From a virus (taxonomy: Duplodnaviria; Caudoviricetes), in IMG/VR virus record IMGVR_UViG_3300029288_007089, positions 8,654 through 72,653 of that record: DNA of 64,000 nucleotides; one strand, 5' to 3'. Shown piece after piece: positions 1-9,579 of this stretch; position 1 is the stretch's first letter; each line of letters begins with the position of its first letter. The notes beneath the pieces were generated by a model. The model saw nothing but the letters and a program-made list of their open reading frames with translations. It was not told the DNA's origin and made no database searches. A program made the position numbers and the translations under genes.

Positions 1-11
1 CTTTTCAGTCA

Positions 12-620
12 TCACTCGCCCCCATAAGCGGCTATGCGCACGTAGCCGCCTTTTTCGAGAATGCGCATCACCATCGGCGGCGCTTCGGCGGGAATGGACA
101 TCGAGCCGTCGGCGAATTGCACCGTCTCGCCCGTATTGTCCCGGTTCTGGTACAGCCACACTGCCAGCCGTGTCGCCGCCTCTTCGATGTCGCCGGGCCG
201 GGTCGCGTCGGTGCAGTAGCCCCGCGCTGCGACGACCGTGATCGCGCCGCGCCAGTCGGTGGTGTACTGCCAGATTTTGTTGCTGGCGATGGTCAGTTCA
301 ATGGCGTACTTCGGCGTGCTGTTCACCGGCAGGAGGTGATATTCGTCAGACGTGACTTCCGCGCCGTCGCCGTTGGTGACGCTGGACACGCTCACCACGT
401 CCTCGTCGAAATAGAGCTTGCGCCCGCTGAGCGTGGGCGGGCGGCAGTCCAGGTAGAGCGTGCCCGTCGCATCATAGAACCGGCGCTTGCACGCGCCGTC
501 GATCATGCGCGAGGCGGCGCTGACGAGCGTGCCGAGATAGGCGTCATCGGCGGTATCGCTATCCGCCATGCCCAACTGCTGGCGCACGCGCGCAAGCGTG
601 GTGTAATCCCCTGTCGCCAT
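12..620 (-). CDS. Phage head-tail connector protein (HK97 gp6-like)
   Basis: About 200 aa with YTTLARVRQQLG...DDAYLGTLVSAASRMID and DIEEAATRLAVWLYQNR, typical of gp6-like connectors; GGAG RBS before ATG at 620. Confidence 0.75.
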   Translation of the reverse strand: MATGDYTTLARVRQQLGMADSDTADDAYLGTLVSAASRMIDGACKRRFYDATGTLYLDCRPPTLSGRKLYFDEDVVSVSSVTNGDGAEVTSDEYHLLPVNSTPKYAIELTIASNKIWQYTTDWRGAITVVAARGYCTDATRPGDIEEAATRLAVWLYQNRDNTGETVQFADGSMSIPAEAPPMVMRILEKGGYVRIAAYGGE

Positions 621-778
621 ATCTGCTCCAAACAAAAAGCGCCCGCGTGAGGCGCAGTGACGCTCTCTAGCGCGGGCGCTCAGGGGCGCACGTTATGTCT
701 CGTAAAAAGTATACACCGTTTACGGTGACGTGTCTATTATGACAAACTGCTCAAATGCTCCTTTGTCAACGCCCGGTT

Positions 779-1129
779 TCATTCTGTTTTGCATTGGGAA
801 TTCTTTTTATCGAACTCGGCGCGCCGCCTTTGTTCTTTTTGCATTGCCCTATCTACAAGGCGTACTAGCCCGATGTCGTTTTCACATTCTACAATCAAGT
901 CCTCTTTCTCCATAAGCTCCAAAAGACGCTTAAGCGTGTCACGAATGTCATATTTCGAATAGGGAAGTTCGACTCGTATTGTCTCCTCTGGTGCCTCCTC
1001 ATCGCTTCGCTTCTCAATAACGAGCAGATATTTGATCCGATCCGAATACATGCTCTTTTTCTTTTGCGCGCGAATATAGACACGCCAGCCCGCCCAATTG
1101 TATAAATAAACCATCTCATCTTTGTTCAT
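779..1129 (-). CDS. Hypothetical protein (low-GC insertion)
   Basis: 116-aa ORF, markedly lower GC than flanks, RBS-like GGAGA upstream. Confidence 0.6.
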   Translation of the reverse strand: MNKDEMVYLYNWAGWRVYIRAQKKKSMYSDRIKYLLVIEKRSDEEAPEETIRVELPYSKYDIRDTLKRLLELMEKEDLIVECENDIGLVRLVDRAMQKEQRRRAEFDKKNSQCKTE

Positions 1130-1130
1130 G

Positions 1131-1889
1131 TCATTCTCCTATTCCTAATCTCTCTATCCGCCCCCGCCACCGGTACAGCGCGCGCCGGCTCTCCATCGCC
1201 GTCTGCTCCTGGTCCAGCGACAGCGCGCCCTCGGCGCAGTAGTAGATGCCCAGTACGTCCCCGATCTTCTGGAAACACACGCCGTGTGCGGCGAGGCGTA
1301 GCCACATCTCGTAATCGCCGGCAATGGTGAACGACTCGTCGAAGTAGCCGTATTCTTCGTGCAGGCTGCGCCGCCACATCGGGTGCGGCCCGCAGATGCA
1401 CCGCTCTAGCAGCACGCGCGGCGTAAACTGCGCCCAGCCCGTGACGCCGCCCGGATACGGCGCGGCGCGCACAATGTTGAACTTGCCGCCCCATGTCGCG
1501 TTAGGCGTGTCGGTTACGTAGTCGTCGGCGTATACGAGGCCGATGTCGGGGCTGGCGTCCAGCGCGTCAGCAAGGCGCTCCAGGGCGTCGGGGGCGCGGC
1601 GGTCGTCTACATTGCTATTGCTCACGTAGTCGCCGGTCACAAAGCGCAGCGCGCGGTTCCAGCTGCTATAGAGCGGCTCCCTAAGCGACGTGATGACCTT
1701 GAGCGGGACGCCCTGCGCCAGATAGTCGCGGATCAGCCACGCCTCGCCCTGCTTGCTGCCCGCGTTGACGACCACGATTTCAAGCCGGCCCTGTGCGTAA
1801 AGCGTCTGCGCGAGCAGGTCTTCGACGCAGCCGGCAAAGAAACGCTCGCCGTTGTAGGTGGAGATGAAGGCGGTGACGGTGCTAGGCAT
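1131..1889 (-). CDS. Glycosyltransferase family 2 (GT-A fold)
   Basis: N-terminal FISTYNGERF, IVVVNAGS, GDYVSNSNVDD (DxD-like), YFDESFTIAGDYEMWLRL. Confidence 0.9.
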   Translation of the reverse strand: MPSTVTAFISTYNGERFFAGCVEDLLAQTLYAQGRLEIVVVNAGSKQGEAWLIRDYLAQGVPLKVITSLREPLYSSWNRALRFVTGDYVSNSNVDDRRAPDALERLADALDASPDIGLVYADDYVTDTPNATWGGKFNIVRAAPYPGGVTGWAQFTPRVLLERCICGPHPMWRRSLHEEYGYFDESFTIAGDYEMWLRLAAHGVCFQKIGDVLGIYYCAEGALSLDQEQTAMESRRALYRWRGRIERLGIGE

Positions 1890-2658
1890 TTAGCCACTCC
1901 AATATCTGCCGCGCCCGGTGCGCATACGTATTCGCCTGCGCCCACGCGACGCCCGCCGTGCCAATGCGCGCCGCTGCGTCGGGGTCGTTAATTAGCGCAC
2001 ACGCCTTTTCCAGCATGTCACTCATGCCCGCGTAGGTGACACAGTTCACACTATCCACAAGCCCCAGCGCCGCCAGATCGTCCAGCGCATTCGTCAGGAG
2101 CGGCGTGCCCGTCGCCAGAACTTCAGGCACGCGCATAGGCACATCATACGCCAGCGGGTCGCCGTAGTTCGTGGGCACGTTCAGCCCTACGCGCGCGGCA
2201 TGATAGGTATGCGCCGCGTCCGCGCCGAACACGCCCTGCGCGATACTGGTGCGAAAACGCGCCATACACGCGCGCAGCATCGCCTCACGCCATGCGTCGC
2301 GCACGTAGCCGACAAAACCCACGTCGTACAGCTTCTCGACCGGGGCCGCCGGCGGCGCATAGCCCGGCGTTACAGCAAGCGGCAACCACTCGCCTCCGAC
2401 GCGCTCCTGGTCCGGGCGCTGCGCGTGACACACGACCGCGCCCTGCTCGAGCAGCCGGCGCGCAGCGGCGTCCTCGTGCTGGCGCTCGTGTAGCCAGCGG
2501 TTGTCGATCAGGTAGACGACCACGCGCCCGTTGACGACAAGCCCCCAACAGTTATCCGTCTGCGGCCCGCGCCCGGCGAACGACACGTCCGCGCCCTCGG
2601 CGCGCAAGGCGTTTTCGAGAAAAAAGACGGGGTGATGGCGGTCGGGGTAGTAGCTCAT
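1882..2658 (-). CDS. Glycosyltransferase, CgeB/Glyco_trans_1_2-like
   Basis: YDVGFVG, TYHAARVGLN, MRVPEVLATGTPLLTN, NTYAHRARQIL motifs. Confidence 0.8.
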   Translation of the reverse strand: MSYYPDRHHPVFFLENALRAEGADVSFAGRGPQTDNCWGLVVNGRVVVYLIDNRWLHERQHEDAAARRLLEQGAVVCHAQRPDQERVGGEWLPLAVTPGYAPPAAPVEKLYDVGFVGYVRDAWREAMLRACMARFRTSIAQGVFGADAAHTYHAARVGLNVPTNYGDPLAYDVPMRVPEVLATGTPLLTNALDDLAALGLVDSVNCVTYAGMSDMLEKACALINDPDAAARIGTAGVAWAQANTYAHRARQILEWLNA

Positions 2659-3395
2659 TTCGGCAACGCCACAATCGTGTACTCCAGGTCGCTATCCAGC
2701 ATGGCGTCGGTGAACGGCTCCAATTTCGCGCCGAGCCGGTACAGGCCATAGCCGATACCGCGCAGTAGCGTTGGTAACCGCGCCGGCGCATCCGGGCCGC
2801 TTGCCGTCGCCAATCCTTCGCGCCAGTATTCGAGCATCAGCACGGGATATTGCCCCAACGTGAAGGGCATCCCCAGAAGCGCATTAAGCTCACAGCCCTG
2901 AATGTCCATCTTGACGAAATCGACGCGCGCGCCGTTTATGAGATCATCAATCCGCCCTACCGGAACCTCAATCGTGGCGCGCGGTTCGTGGCCGGGCACG
3001 TGAAACATGCGGTGATCGCCGTGGTTGCCGGGCGAGAGGTGCATTTGCCCGCGCCCCGCCTCATGCCCTGCCGCCGCCTCGATGACGGTTGCGGGCGCGT
3101 AGGGCGCGGCAAGTTTAGCATTCTTGCGCAGGATGGCGCACAGGTTCGGCTCCGGCTCCAGCGCAATCACGCGCCCGGTTTGCCCTACAAGGCGCGCAGC
3201 GAGCATGGTGTAGTAGCCGACGTTCGCGCCCACGTCGAGAAAGCTCATGCCGGGCTTGACGCGCTCTTGCACGAACGCCGTCTCCTGTGGCTCCCAAATG
3301 CCCCGCGCGCGCAGCACCTCCGTCACCGCGCCGGGATCGCTGGCGTCGATGTAGAGGTCAAAGCCGAGTACGGTATGACAGAGTTCGGCGGTCAC
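2655..3395 (-). CDS. FkbM-family SAM-dependent methyltransferase
   Basis: WEPQET, FLDVGANVGYYT, VIALEP, VDFVKMDIQGCE; GTG start at 3395 assumed. Confidence 0.9.
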   Translation of the reverse strand: MTAELCHTVLGFDLYIDASDPGAVTEVLRARGIWEPQETAFVQERVKPGMSFLDVGANVGYYTMLAARLVGQTGRVIALEPEPNLCAILRKNAKLAAPYAPATVIEAAAGHEAGRGQMHLSPGNHGDHRMFHVPGHEPRATIEVPVGRIDDLINGARVDFVKMDIQGCELNALLGMPFTLGQYPVLMLEYWREGLATASGPDAPARLPTLLRGIGYGLYRLGAKLEPFTDAMLDSDLEYTIVALPK

Positions 3396-3673
3396 GCCTT
3401 TCCTCCTGCCTTCCACTCGTCAGTTATCGGTTGCCAAAATTCCTGCGGCAAAGCGCGTAACATAGATGCAACTACGACAGGACCGCTGATAAGGCAGCCA
3501 AAGGCGAAAGCGCCGGCAACAATCCAATCACTGGTCAAAAGGACAATGATGACAGCCGCGATAAGAGACAGCGCCGTAGAGGGGATAATCGACAGGCATG
3601 ACAAAAGAATGATGAGCGTTGCCTTTGGTTGTAGCTTAACCCTAAACATCTTATCTAGTTCCCACTGAAACAC
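3392..3673 (-). CDS. Small membrane protein (low GC)
   Basis: 93 aa with two hydrophobic segments; overlaps neighbours in operon fashion. Confidence 0.5.
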   Translation of the reverse strand: MFQWELDKMFRVKLQPKATLIILLSCLSIIPSTALSLIAAVIIVLLTSDWIVAGAFAFGCLISGPVVVASMLRALPQEFWQPITDEWKAGGKA

Positions 3674-3933
3674 ATGTACACGAGCGTTTTGTTGCGATAG
3701 ACGATTAACGGACCAAAGCGGAATGGCGGGAAGAACATATTTTTGAGGGCGCTCAGGGTTTGTTCATCCGCTACGGTAAAGCCAAACGAAACCTCAAACG
3801 GAGTAAACTTTATGGTTTCGCGCTCTTCCGTATCATCGCTGTCGCTGGTCAGGCGGAAAGATGAAAACGACGAGAGATCAATCCGCTTTCCGTCTTCGTC
3901 TTCTAGATGTGCGCCGCTAATATTGTAGGTCAT
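3655..3933 (-). CDS. Hypothetical protein (low GC)
   Basis: ATG at 3933 overlapping the upstream stop; GGAGG RBS. Confidence 0.5.
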   Translation of the reverse strand: MTYNISGAHLEDEDGKRIDLSSFSSFRLTSDSDDTEERETIKFTPFEVSFGFTVADEQTLSALKNMFFPPFRFGPLIVYRNKTLVYMCFSGN

Positions 3934-4859
3934 GCCGCCACCTCCCGCAACACGCCGGCCACTGTCTCTGCCATGCGCGCCCACGTAAACTGCGCCGCCC
4001 ACTCCTGGCCCATGCGCCGGCCCTCTTCGCTGTAGCCGGTTGCTGCAACCGCCAGCGCCTCAGCAATGCGCGCCGGCTGCGCTACGTCCACGTAAATCGT
4101 CGCCTCGCCGCCGATCTCCGCCATGCTGCTCGCGTCATTGCAGATGACGGGACAGCCGCACGCCAGCGCCTCAACGATGGGCAGCCCAAAGCCCTCGTAC
4201 AGCGACGGGTACACCAGCGCCACCGCGCCGCCGTAGGCCGCCGCTAGTTCCGCGTCGTCAAGCCGGGCAAAGCGCAGCCAGCGGTAGCCGGCCATGAACG
4301 CGCGGTCCTGTGGAAGCAAATTGCCCTCACCGCCGATGCACACGACCGTGCAATCCGCGTGCTCCGCCCACATCGGCCACGCCTGGTAAAGCGCCTGCGC
4401 ATTTTTGTAGAAGTCGCGCCCGCCTACGAGGAGCACGTAGGGCGTGCCCGCCTTCTCGCGAAACGCCACGATGTCGTCAAGCGGCGCGGGCGTCAGATCG
4501 CAGCCGGGATAGGCGACGGTTGCCGCGCGGTTGGTGTAGCGCAGACAGTCCTCCGCCGTCGCCTTGCTGATGGCGATGGCCGCGTGCGCGCCGGCAATCG
4601 CCGCCCGTTTCTTCATGGCGTCTGGGTTGTACGGTCCCCAGTGCGGATACCGCTCATGTACGAAGTCGTACACCATCGCCACCGCGCGTTCATCGTGTGG
4701 CGGGAAGCCATAGTAAGTAGACATAAACACGTCGCAGGGCGCGTCGCCGTCAATGGTAAGCTCCGGCATGGCGCGCAGGAGTTCGGGCACAAGCCGGGAC
4801 CACAGGCGACTGACGCCGGCCTGATGCTTGCCGTGCGCGTGGTGGAGGTGGAGGTTCAT
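3930..4859 (-). CDS. Glycosyltransferase family 4 (GT-B)
   Basis: VYDFVHERYP, IAISKATAED, LVYPSLYEGFGLPIVEALACGCPVI, FTWARMA. Confidence 0.92.
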   Translation of the reverse strand: MNLHLHHAHGKHQAGVSRLWSRLVPELLRAMPELTIDGDAPCDVFMSTYYGFPPHDERAVAMVYDFVHERYPHWGPYNPDAMKKRAAIAGAHAAIAISKATAEDCLRYTNRAATVAYPGCDLTPAPLDDIVAFREKAGTPYVLLVGGRDFYKNAQALYQAWPMWAEHADCTVVCIGGEGNLLPQDRAFMAGYRWLRFARLDDAELAAAYGGAVALVYPSLYEGFGLPIVEALACGCPVICNDASSMAEIGGEATIYVDVAQPARIAEALAVAATGYSEEGRRMGQEWAAQFTWARMAETVAGVLREVAA

Positions 4860-5590
4860 GCCGGCTTCCTCCCGATGAAGTGCCACCCATTGCGGTACAC
4901 CGGCTCCCAGCGCGCCAGCCACGCCTCCATGTACGCCGCGCCTAGCGCGAGCGGGTGCCCTGCATCATAGTGGATGGCGGGGTCGATCTCGCGCGGTTCG
5001 TCAAAGAGAACAACCCACCCGCCGGGGCGCGTGATATCCCACACTTTCTGCGTCACGGCGTCGGCGTCACGGCAGTGGTCCAGGACGTTTATCATCACAA
5101 CGGTGTCGTATTGCTGCGTCGTAGGAAAGTCCTCAATTGTCCCCGCCTTCAGTTGCGCCATCGGCTCGCCGCGCGTGGGCAACCGCTGATAACCGTTGTT
5201 GGGTAGGCCCAGATAGTCACGCATGAGTGGGTCGAGCAGCGTAACCGTGTGCGCGCGCCGGCCCTCCAGGATAATGCGCGCGTTCGTGAACGGCCCGCAG
5301 CCAAGCTCGATGAAGTCCCCCAGGTCGTCAGGCAGCGCCTTGTAGTCGTCGAACTTCTGCGCATGCGCCACGTTCTTGTCGTCATCCCACTCGCGGGCGT
5401 GGATCAGCCACGTGTCGCGCTCGTACTCCTGCGCGCGTTGCCAGCGCGCCGCGTCCACGCGCGTGATGCCGTGCGCGCCGGCAAAGCGCGCGTCGTTGTC
5501 CTGCATGAGCTTGTTCAGCGCCTCGCCCGCGAAGTAGACCTCAATTTGCGAGGCAACGTAAAGGGGGAGCTTTTTAGTCGCGTTCACCAA
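4856..5590 (-). CDS. Class I SAM-dependent methyltransferase
   Basis: FIELGCGP motif I, YDTVVMINVLDHC, RPGGWVV. Confidence 0.85.
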   Translation of the reverse strand: MVNATKKLPLYVASQIEVYFAGEALNKLMQDNDARFAGAHGITRVDAARWQRAQEYERDTWLIHAREWDDDKNVAHAQKFDDYKALPDDLGDFIELGCGPFTNARIILEGRRAHTVTLLDPLMRDYLGLPNNGYQRLPTRGEPMAQLKAGTIEDFPTTQQYDTVVMINVLDHCRDADAVTQKVWDITRPGGWVVLFDEPREIDPAIHYDAGHPLALGAAYMEAWLARWEPVYRNGWHFIGRKPA

Positions 5591-6581
5591 TGACCTCCAA
5601 CACCCGCCGCCACACCGTATCCTTGAACCGCTCCCAGGTGTAGGTTGACGTAATGTAATCCGCCACCTCGCGCGAGCGCCGGCGCAGGTCTAGCTCTGGC
5701 ATGTGCTGGAGGCGGTGTATCTGGTCGAGGTTGAACGGCATGTCGTCAAGGCGCAGTTCCAGGAACGGCTGCCCCGGCCAGTACCCGCTCTCCTTCGTGC
5801 AGGCGACGACCAGCCCCCACGCCGACGCCTCAAAGAGCGTATACGGGTTGGCGTCCTCGCGGCCCATCGTGATAAAGAAGTCATACTCATCCACAAGCGC
5901 CTGGATTGCCGACGGCGTGAAGTCTACCCAGCCGTACTGCTTCATATTGGCGACGTGCTCAAAAACCTCCGGGCCGGCGTTGCCGCAGTGCCCCAGGAAG
6001 ATACCCGACACGCGCGCCAGTTCCGCCACCTCCCGCGCGCCCTTGTACCACTTGTCGTTGCCGAGCGCCAGAAACGCGCGCTGTCCCGGCGGGTTCCACT
6101 TACGCTTCAGGTACGGGTGCAGCGCCGGCGTGATGGCAAGCTCCAATTGCGAGCACTTGTGTTGCAGCGGCGCGTAAGGGCCGTCCTGCCACGTATCCCA
6201 CCAGTACGGGCCGGTAATGGCGATGGTGTGGTCGCTGCGCTCCATCATCTCGATCTGCCGCGCCGTCTCCGCCGGCTGAAACATGCCTGGCGTGTAGGGC
6301 TGCATAATGATCTTGTGGCGCGGGCCGGGGTCGGCGTAAATGGCGCGGTTGACAAAGCCATCGGGATACCAGGGATGGCCGATCACGATGTCATCCGGGC
6401 CGATGTCGTGCGGCGCGAGATCGTCAAGCTGGCGGTATTCAAAGCGCCAGCCACGCGCGGCGCACTGCTCGCGAAACATGCGAATGAGATGCCAGGTGTG
6501 GTTGTACGGCCCCTGTAGCGGCTCCGGGCCGTCCATCATGACGACGGGTATGGAGTAGGAAAACCAAAGCGTGCGGGTCAT
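5574..6581 (-). CDS. Glycosyltransferase (GT-B, GT4-like)
   Basis: KWYKGAREV, YDFFITMGREDANPYTLFEASAWG (E-x7-E), YTWERFKD. Confidence 0.75.
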   Translation of the reverse strand: MTRTLWFSYSIPVVMMDGPEPLQGPYNHTWHLIRMFREQCAARGWRFEYRQLDDLAPHDIGPDDIVIGHPWYPDGFVNRAIYADPGPRHKIIMQPYTPGMFQPAETARQIEMMERSDHTIAITGPYWWDTWQDGPYAPLQHKCSQLELAITPALHPYLKRKWNPPGQRAFLALGNDKWYKGAREVAELARVSGIFLGHCGNAGPEVFEHVANMKQYGWVDFTPSAIQALVDEYDFFITMGREDANPYTLFEASAWGLVVACTKESGYWPGQPFLELRLDDMPFNLDQIHRLQHMPELDLRRRSREVADYITSTYTWERFKDTVWRRVLEVIGERD

Positions 6582-6832
6582 TCTCCCTCCTCGTTCGGCA
6601 TCTCCCACCGCGCCCCCACCACCGCCAACTGCCGCGCGCCGTCGCCGACCTGCACCAGACCGCGCGCCTCCAACTGACGCAGCGCGTAGCGCACGCTTGA
6701 CGTGGAGGCGTAGGGCGTCAGCGCAATAAGTTCTCGTGTCGTCGGCGGCCAGCCGTGCGCCCTGATGAAATCGCAGAGCGCCGCGTACACCGCGCGCTGG
6801 CGGGCAGTGAGTGGAAGTGTGTCCGTTACCAC
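6578..6832 (-). CDS. LexA N-terminal DNA-binding-domain protein (stand-alone)
   Basis: LTARQRAVYAALCDFIRAHGWPPTTRELI...STSSVRYALRQLEARGLV matches the LexA winged HTH; no peptidase domain; GTG start at 6832. Confidence 0.8.
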   Translation of the reverse strand: MVTDTLPLTARQRAVYAALCDFIRAHGWPPTTRELIALTPYASTSSVRYALRQLEARGLVQVGDGARQLAVVGARWEMPNEEGE

Positions 6833-7821
6833 CAATCCCCTCGCATACACGCCGCCAGCGCGTCCTCGTACTGGTCGATCTGCCGGCTCACGTTGCAGAA
6901 CGTCGTATCCAGAACGTTGTCGCGCACGCGGCGGCGGTCGATGCGCCACGCGCGCGCAATCGCGTCCGCAACCGCGCCCACCACGTCGCCCGTCGTGCGC
7001 GGCACGAATACGCCCGTCTCGCCGTAGCGCACGAGGTCCAGCGAGCCGCCCGCCGGCCACGCCACAACCGGCGTCCCGTGTAGCATGGCCTCCAGCGTCG
7101 TGAGGCCGAACGCCTCCACGCGCCCAAGTTGCAAAAACACGCGCGCCTGTTGCATCAGGTGATTGCGCTCCTTTGGCCCCACGATGCCGCGATACTCCAC
7201 GTTTTCGGTATTGCCCTCGATAGGAAACGTCCCCTGGAGCGACGCGCCGGCGATGACCAGCTTGACGCCGACGCGGGCGCACGCCTCGATTGCCAGGATG
7301 GGCTGCTTGTGATCCGCAAGCGCGCCGAGAAAGAGCGCGAATGGCGGCTCCTGCGCCTTCACCGTCGGCTCGTACCCTTCTGGGTCGAGTGCGTTGAAAA
7401 TCAGCCGCGCGCCGCCGAACTCGGGCGGCATGAGCGCCCGCTGTCCGGTCGAGAGCACGACGGGGCAGCGCGCGTAGCCCTGCCAGATGTCGTGATAGAC
7501 GTTGACGACGGGCAGTTGCGGGAACAGCGCCGCGAGCGCGTGCAGGTGGTCGTTGGATAGAAACACGTCGAAGCGCCACTCGGCGTGCCGGCGCATGGCG
7601 TCGCGCGCAATGGCGTGCTCGCCGTCGTAGCCGTTCTGCCCGCCGGCGTCCTTTGGCGTTACGAGGTTGCCGCTGAAACGGGAGCCGGGCGCGGCGAATA
7701 GCGTCACGTCATGCCCGCGCGAGTACAGGCCTTCGGCGATCTGATGCACCATGCAGCCCAGGCCGTGCCCGCCAGCCATCGGCGTCGGAAAGACGGAGTC
7801 AGAGAGAATGGCAATCCTCAT
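6826..7821 (-). CDS. Glycosyltransferase family 4
   Basis: MRIAILS, GHDVTLFA, EAFGLTTLEAMLHGTPVVAW...GSLDLVRYGETG. Confidence 0.92.
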   Translation of the reverse strand: MRIAILSDSVFPTPMAGGHGLGCMVHQIAEGLYSRGHDVTLFAAPGSRFSGNLVTPKDAGGQNGYDGEHAIARDAMRRHAEWRFDVFLSNDHLHALAALFPQLPVVNVYHDIWQGYARCPVVLSTGQRALMPPEFGGARLIFNALDPEGYEPTVKAQEPPFALFLGALADHKQPILAIEACARVGVKLVIAGASLQGTFPIEGNTENVEYRGIVGPKERNHLMQQARVFLQLGRVEAFGLTTLEAMLHGTPVVAWPAGGSLDLVRYGETGVFVPRTTGDVVGAVADAIARAWRIDRRRVRDNVLDTTFCNVSRQIDQYEDALAACMRGDWW

Positions 7822-8978
7822 GCCGCTTTCCACCCTTCCAGCGCCCGCTCCGCAATCACGCGCAGCACGGGCATGGCGTATTTGCCGATCACGTAGTCGA
7901 TGTCATAGTCGCGCGCGCCCTCAATCGCGCGCCGCCGGCGCTCCGGGTCGCCGCGCTCCAAATACGCCGCCTCCAGCGTCTCAACGATTGACGCAATACT
8001 GGGGCCAATCCAGAAGGCGTTTTGTTCGCTCCACTCCGGATCGCCCTCCACGAGCCAGCCGCTAAAGTTCAATTCTTTCTGCGCGCCGAAGTCGGTAGTG
8101 ATGACGGGGCAGCCGGCGCGCTGGAATTCGAGCACCGGCAGGCCAAAGCCCTCACCCCGGCTCGGCGCAATGAGCACATCGCTCGCCTGCGCCAGCGTCG
8201 CCAGTTCGCGCGCCGGGATGCCGGTGCGGTACCGGTACTGGTCGGCAATGCGCACGCGCTGTGGGTCGAGGCCGAGCGTCTTGATGATAACCGGGATGTT
8301 GACGCCGCCGAATACCGACGTGAGCAGGTTGCCCGTCTCAGACGTGTGCAGGTACAACATGGCGTCGGGGTACGTCTGCGCGAACATCTGCCACGCCACC
8401 AGCAACTCAGGGATGCCCTTCCTGCTTGGCACGCTGTCGTTGACGCCCACGAAGGACACGAGAAACACATCATCGGCCAGTCCCAGCGCCTTGCGTGCGG
8501 CGCGGCGGTCGCCGGGCTGCCACACCGCCGGGTCAACGCCGTGCGGCAGGTAGTAGCTCTCATGGCCGGCTACGCGCAGTTGCCGCTCGCCCCAACGTGT
8601 AAGCGCAATCGGCGCGCGGCACGCCGCCAGCGCGTTTGTCACCCGTTCCGGCACGGGCTGGCGATCAATGGGTGTGATGGGATACCAGGGCATGTGGCGC
8701 ATGATTTCGGGGTTCAGTCCCCAGGCGTCGATGAGAGAGATTGCCGCGTCGGCGCGGAAGTGCGCCGCGTGCCCGTGAATAATGTCGCTGCCCAGTGGGT
8801 CGAGCGCCGGCGGGAGCACCTTGACGCCTTCGACCAGCGCCGGCAGGCTGCCTGCGCCGATGCCCAAATTGAACACGGCGACCTCGTGCCCCAGGCGCTT
8901 CAGGCGCGGCACGAAAAGGCGCGACTGGATGCTATAGCCGGACTGCGAGGTGAAGTTAGCCGCCCAGAGTATGCGCAA
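7818..8978 (-). CDS. Glycosyltransferase family 4
   Basis: RKGIPELL, SDVLIAPSRGEGFGLPVLEFQRAGCPVITT; TTG start. Confidence 0.92.
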   Translation of the reverse strand: MRILWAANFTSQSGYSIQSRLFVPRLKRLGHEVAVFNLGIGAGSLPALVEGVKVLPPALDPLGSDIIHGHAAHFRADAAISLIDAWGLNPEIMRHMPWYPITPIDRQPVPERVTNALAACRAPIALTRWGERQLRVAGHESYYLPHGVDPAVWQPGDRRAARKALGLADDVFLVSFVGVNDSVPSRKGIPELLVAWQMFAQTYPDAMLYLHTSETGNLLTSVFGGVNIPVIIKTLGLDPQRVRIADQYRYRTGIPARELATLAQASDVLIAPSRGEGFGLPVLEFQRAGCPVITTDFGAQKELNFSGWLVEGDPEWSEQNAFWIGPSIASIVETLEAAYLERGDPERRRRAIEGARDYDIDYVIGKYAMPVLRVIAERALEGWKAA

Positions 8979-9300
8979 TTGTGTCGCCTCCCAACGTCCA
9001 ACCGCATTCGGGGCACCGGATGATGCCAGGGTTGTTGTGTTCGTCTACGTTCGTGAGCGCCGCGCCGCAACGCGGGCAGGTATCGGAGATGGATAAATCG
9101 CCGGCTAGTGAACTTACCAAGCGCGGCGGCGACGGTACCCACGGCGGTGGCGGCATCATCCGTCCCTCCCGCCACGCCTCGCACGCCTTGACGACAATGT
9201 AGGACACGCTGCGGTCGTCACGCGCGGCTTCCGCTTCCAGCCACGCCAGCAGGTCGTCGGGGAAGGATATGCCTCTTGCGGTCGTTGTGCGTTTGCTCAT
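8956..9300 (-). CDS. Ribbon-helix-helix (Arc/CopG-like) protein with C-terminal Zn ribbon
   Basis: GISFPDDLLAWLEAEAARDDRSVSYIV; CPRCG...CPECG. Confidence 0.7.
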   Translation of the reverse strand: MSKRTTTARGISFPDDLLAWLEAEAARDDRSVSYIVVKACEAWREGRMMPPPPWVPSPPRLVSSLAGDLSISDTCPRCGAALTNVDEHNNPGIIRCPECGWTLGGDTIAHTLGG

Positions 9301-9403
9301 TATAGACAAAGCGCCCACTGCACTTACTGCCGGCGGGCGCTCACGGGCGCACAGATGTTCAAGTCACAGTGTAGCACGGAATTGCAGCGCGTGCAAGTCA
9401 CAG

Positions 9404-9579
9404 GTCACGGTGCGCTATTCTGAGATTCGCCCACTGCAACTGCAGCACAGAACCACACCTCGGCGGGATGTCACAGTGCGCTATTCTGAGATTCGCCCAC
9501 TGCAACTTTTGCGCAACATCCTCAGGCAGAAACACAGTGCAGGTCACAGTGCGCTATTCTGAGATTCGCCCACTGCAAC
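9404..9579 (-). CRISPR. Mini CRISPR array A: 3 repeats of 37 nt (GTTGCAGTGGGCGAATCTCAGAATAGCGCACTGTGAC), 2 spacers
   Basis: Repeats at 9543-9579, 9470-9506 and 9404-9440 (last with 1 mismatch); spacers 36 nt (9507-9542) and 29 nt (9441-9469); directly downstream of a RuvC effector gene. Confidence 0.92.

Noticed and set aside
9441-9542. Self-targeting of array A spacers (for example CGAGGTGTGG near 56620, ATCCCGCCG near 34875, GTGTTTCTGC near 53878)
   Set aside because: Only 9-10 nt matches found by eye, which is expected by chance in 64 kb of high-GC DNA; no consistent PAM
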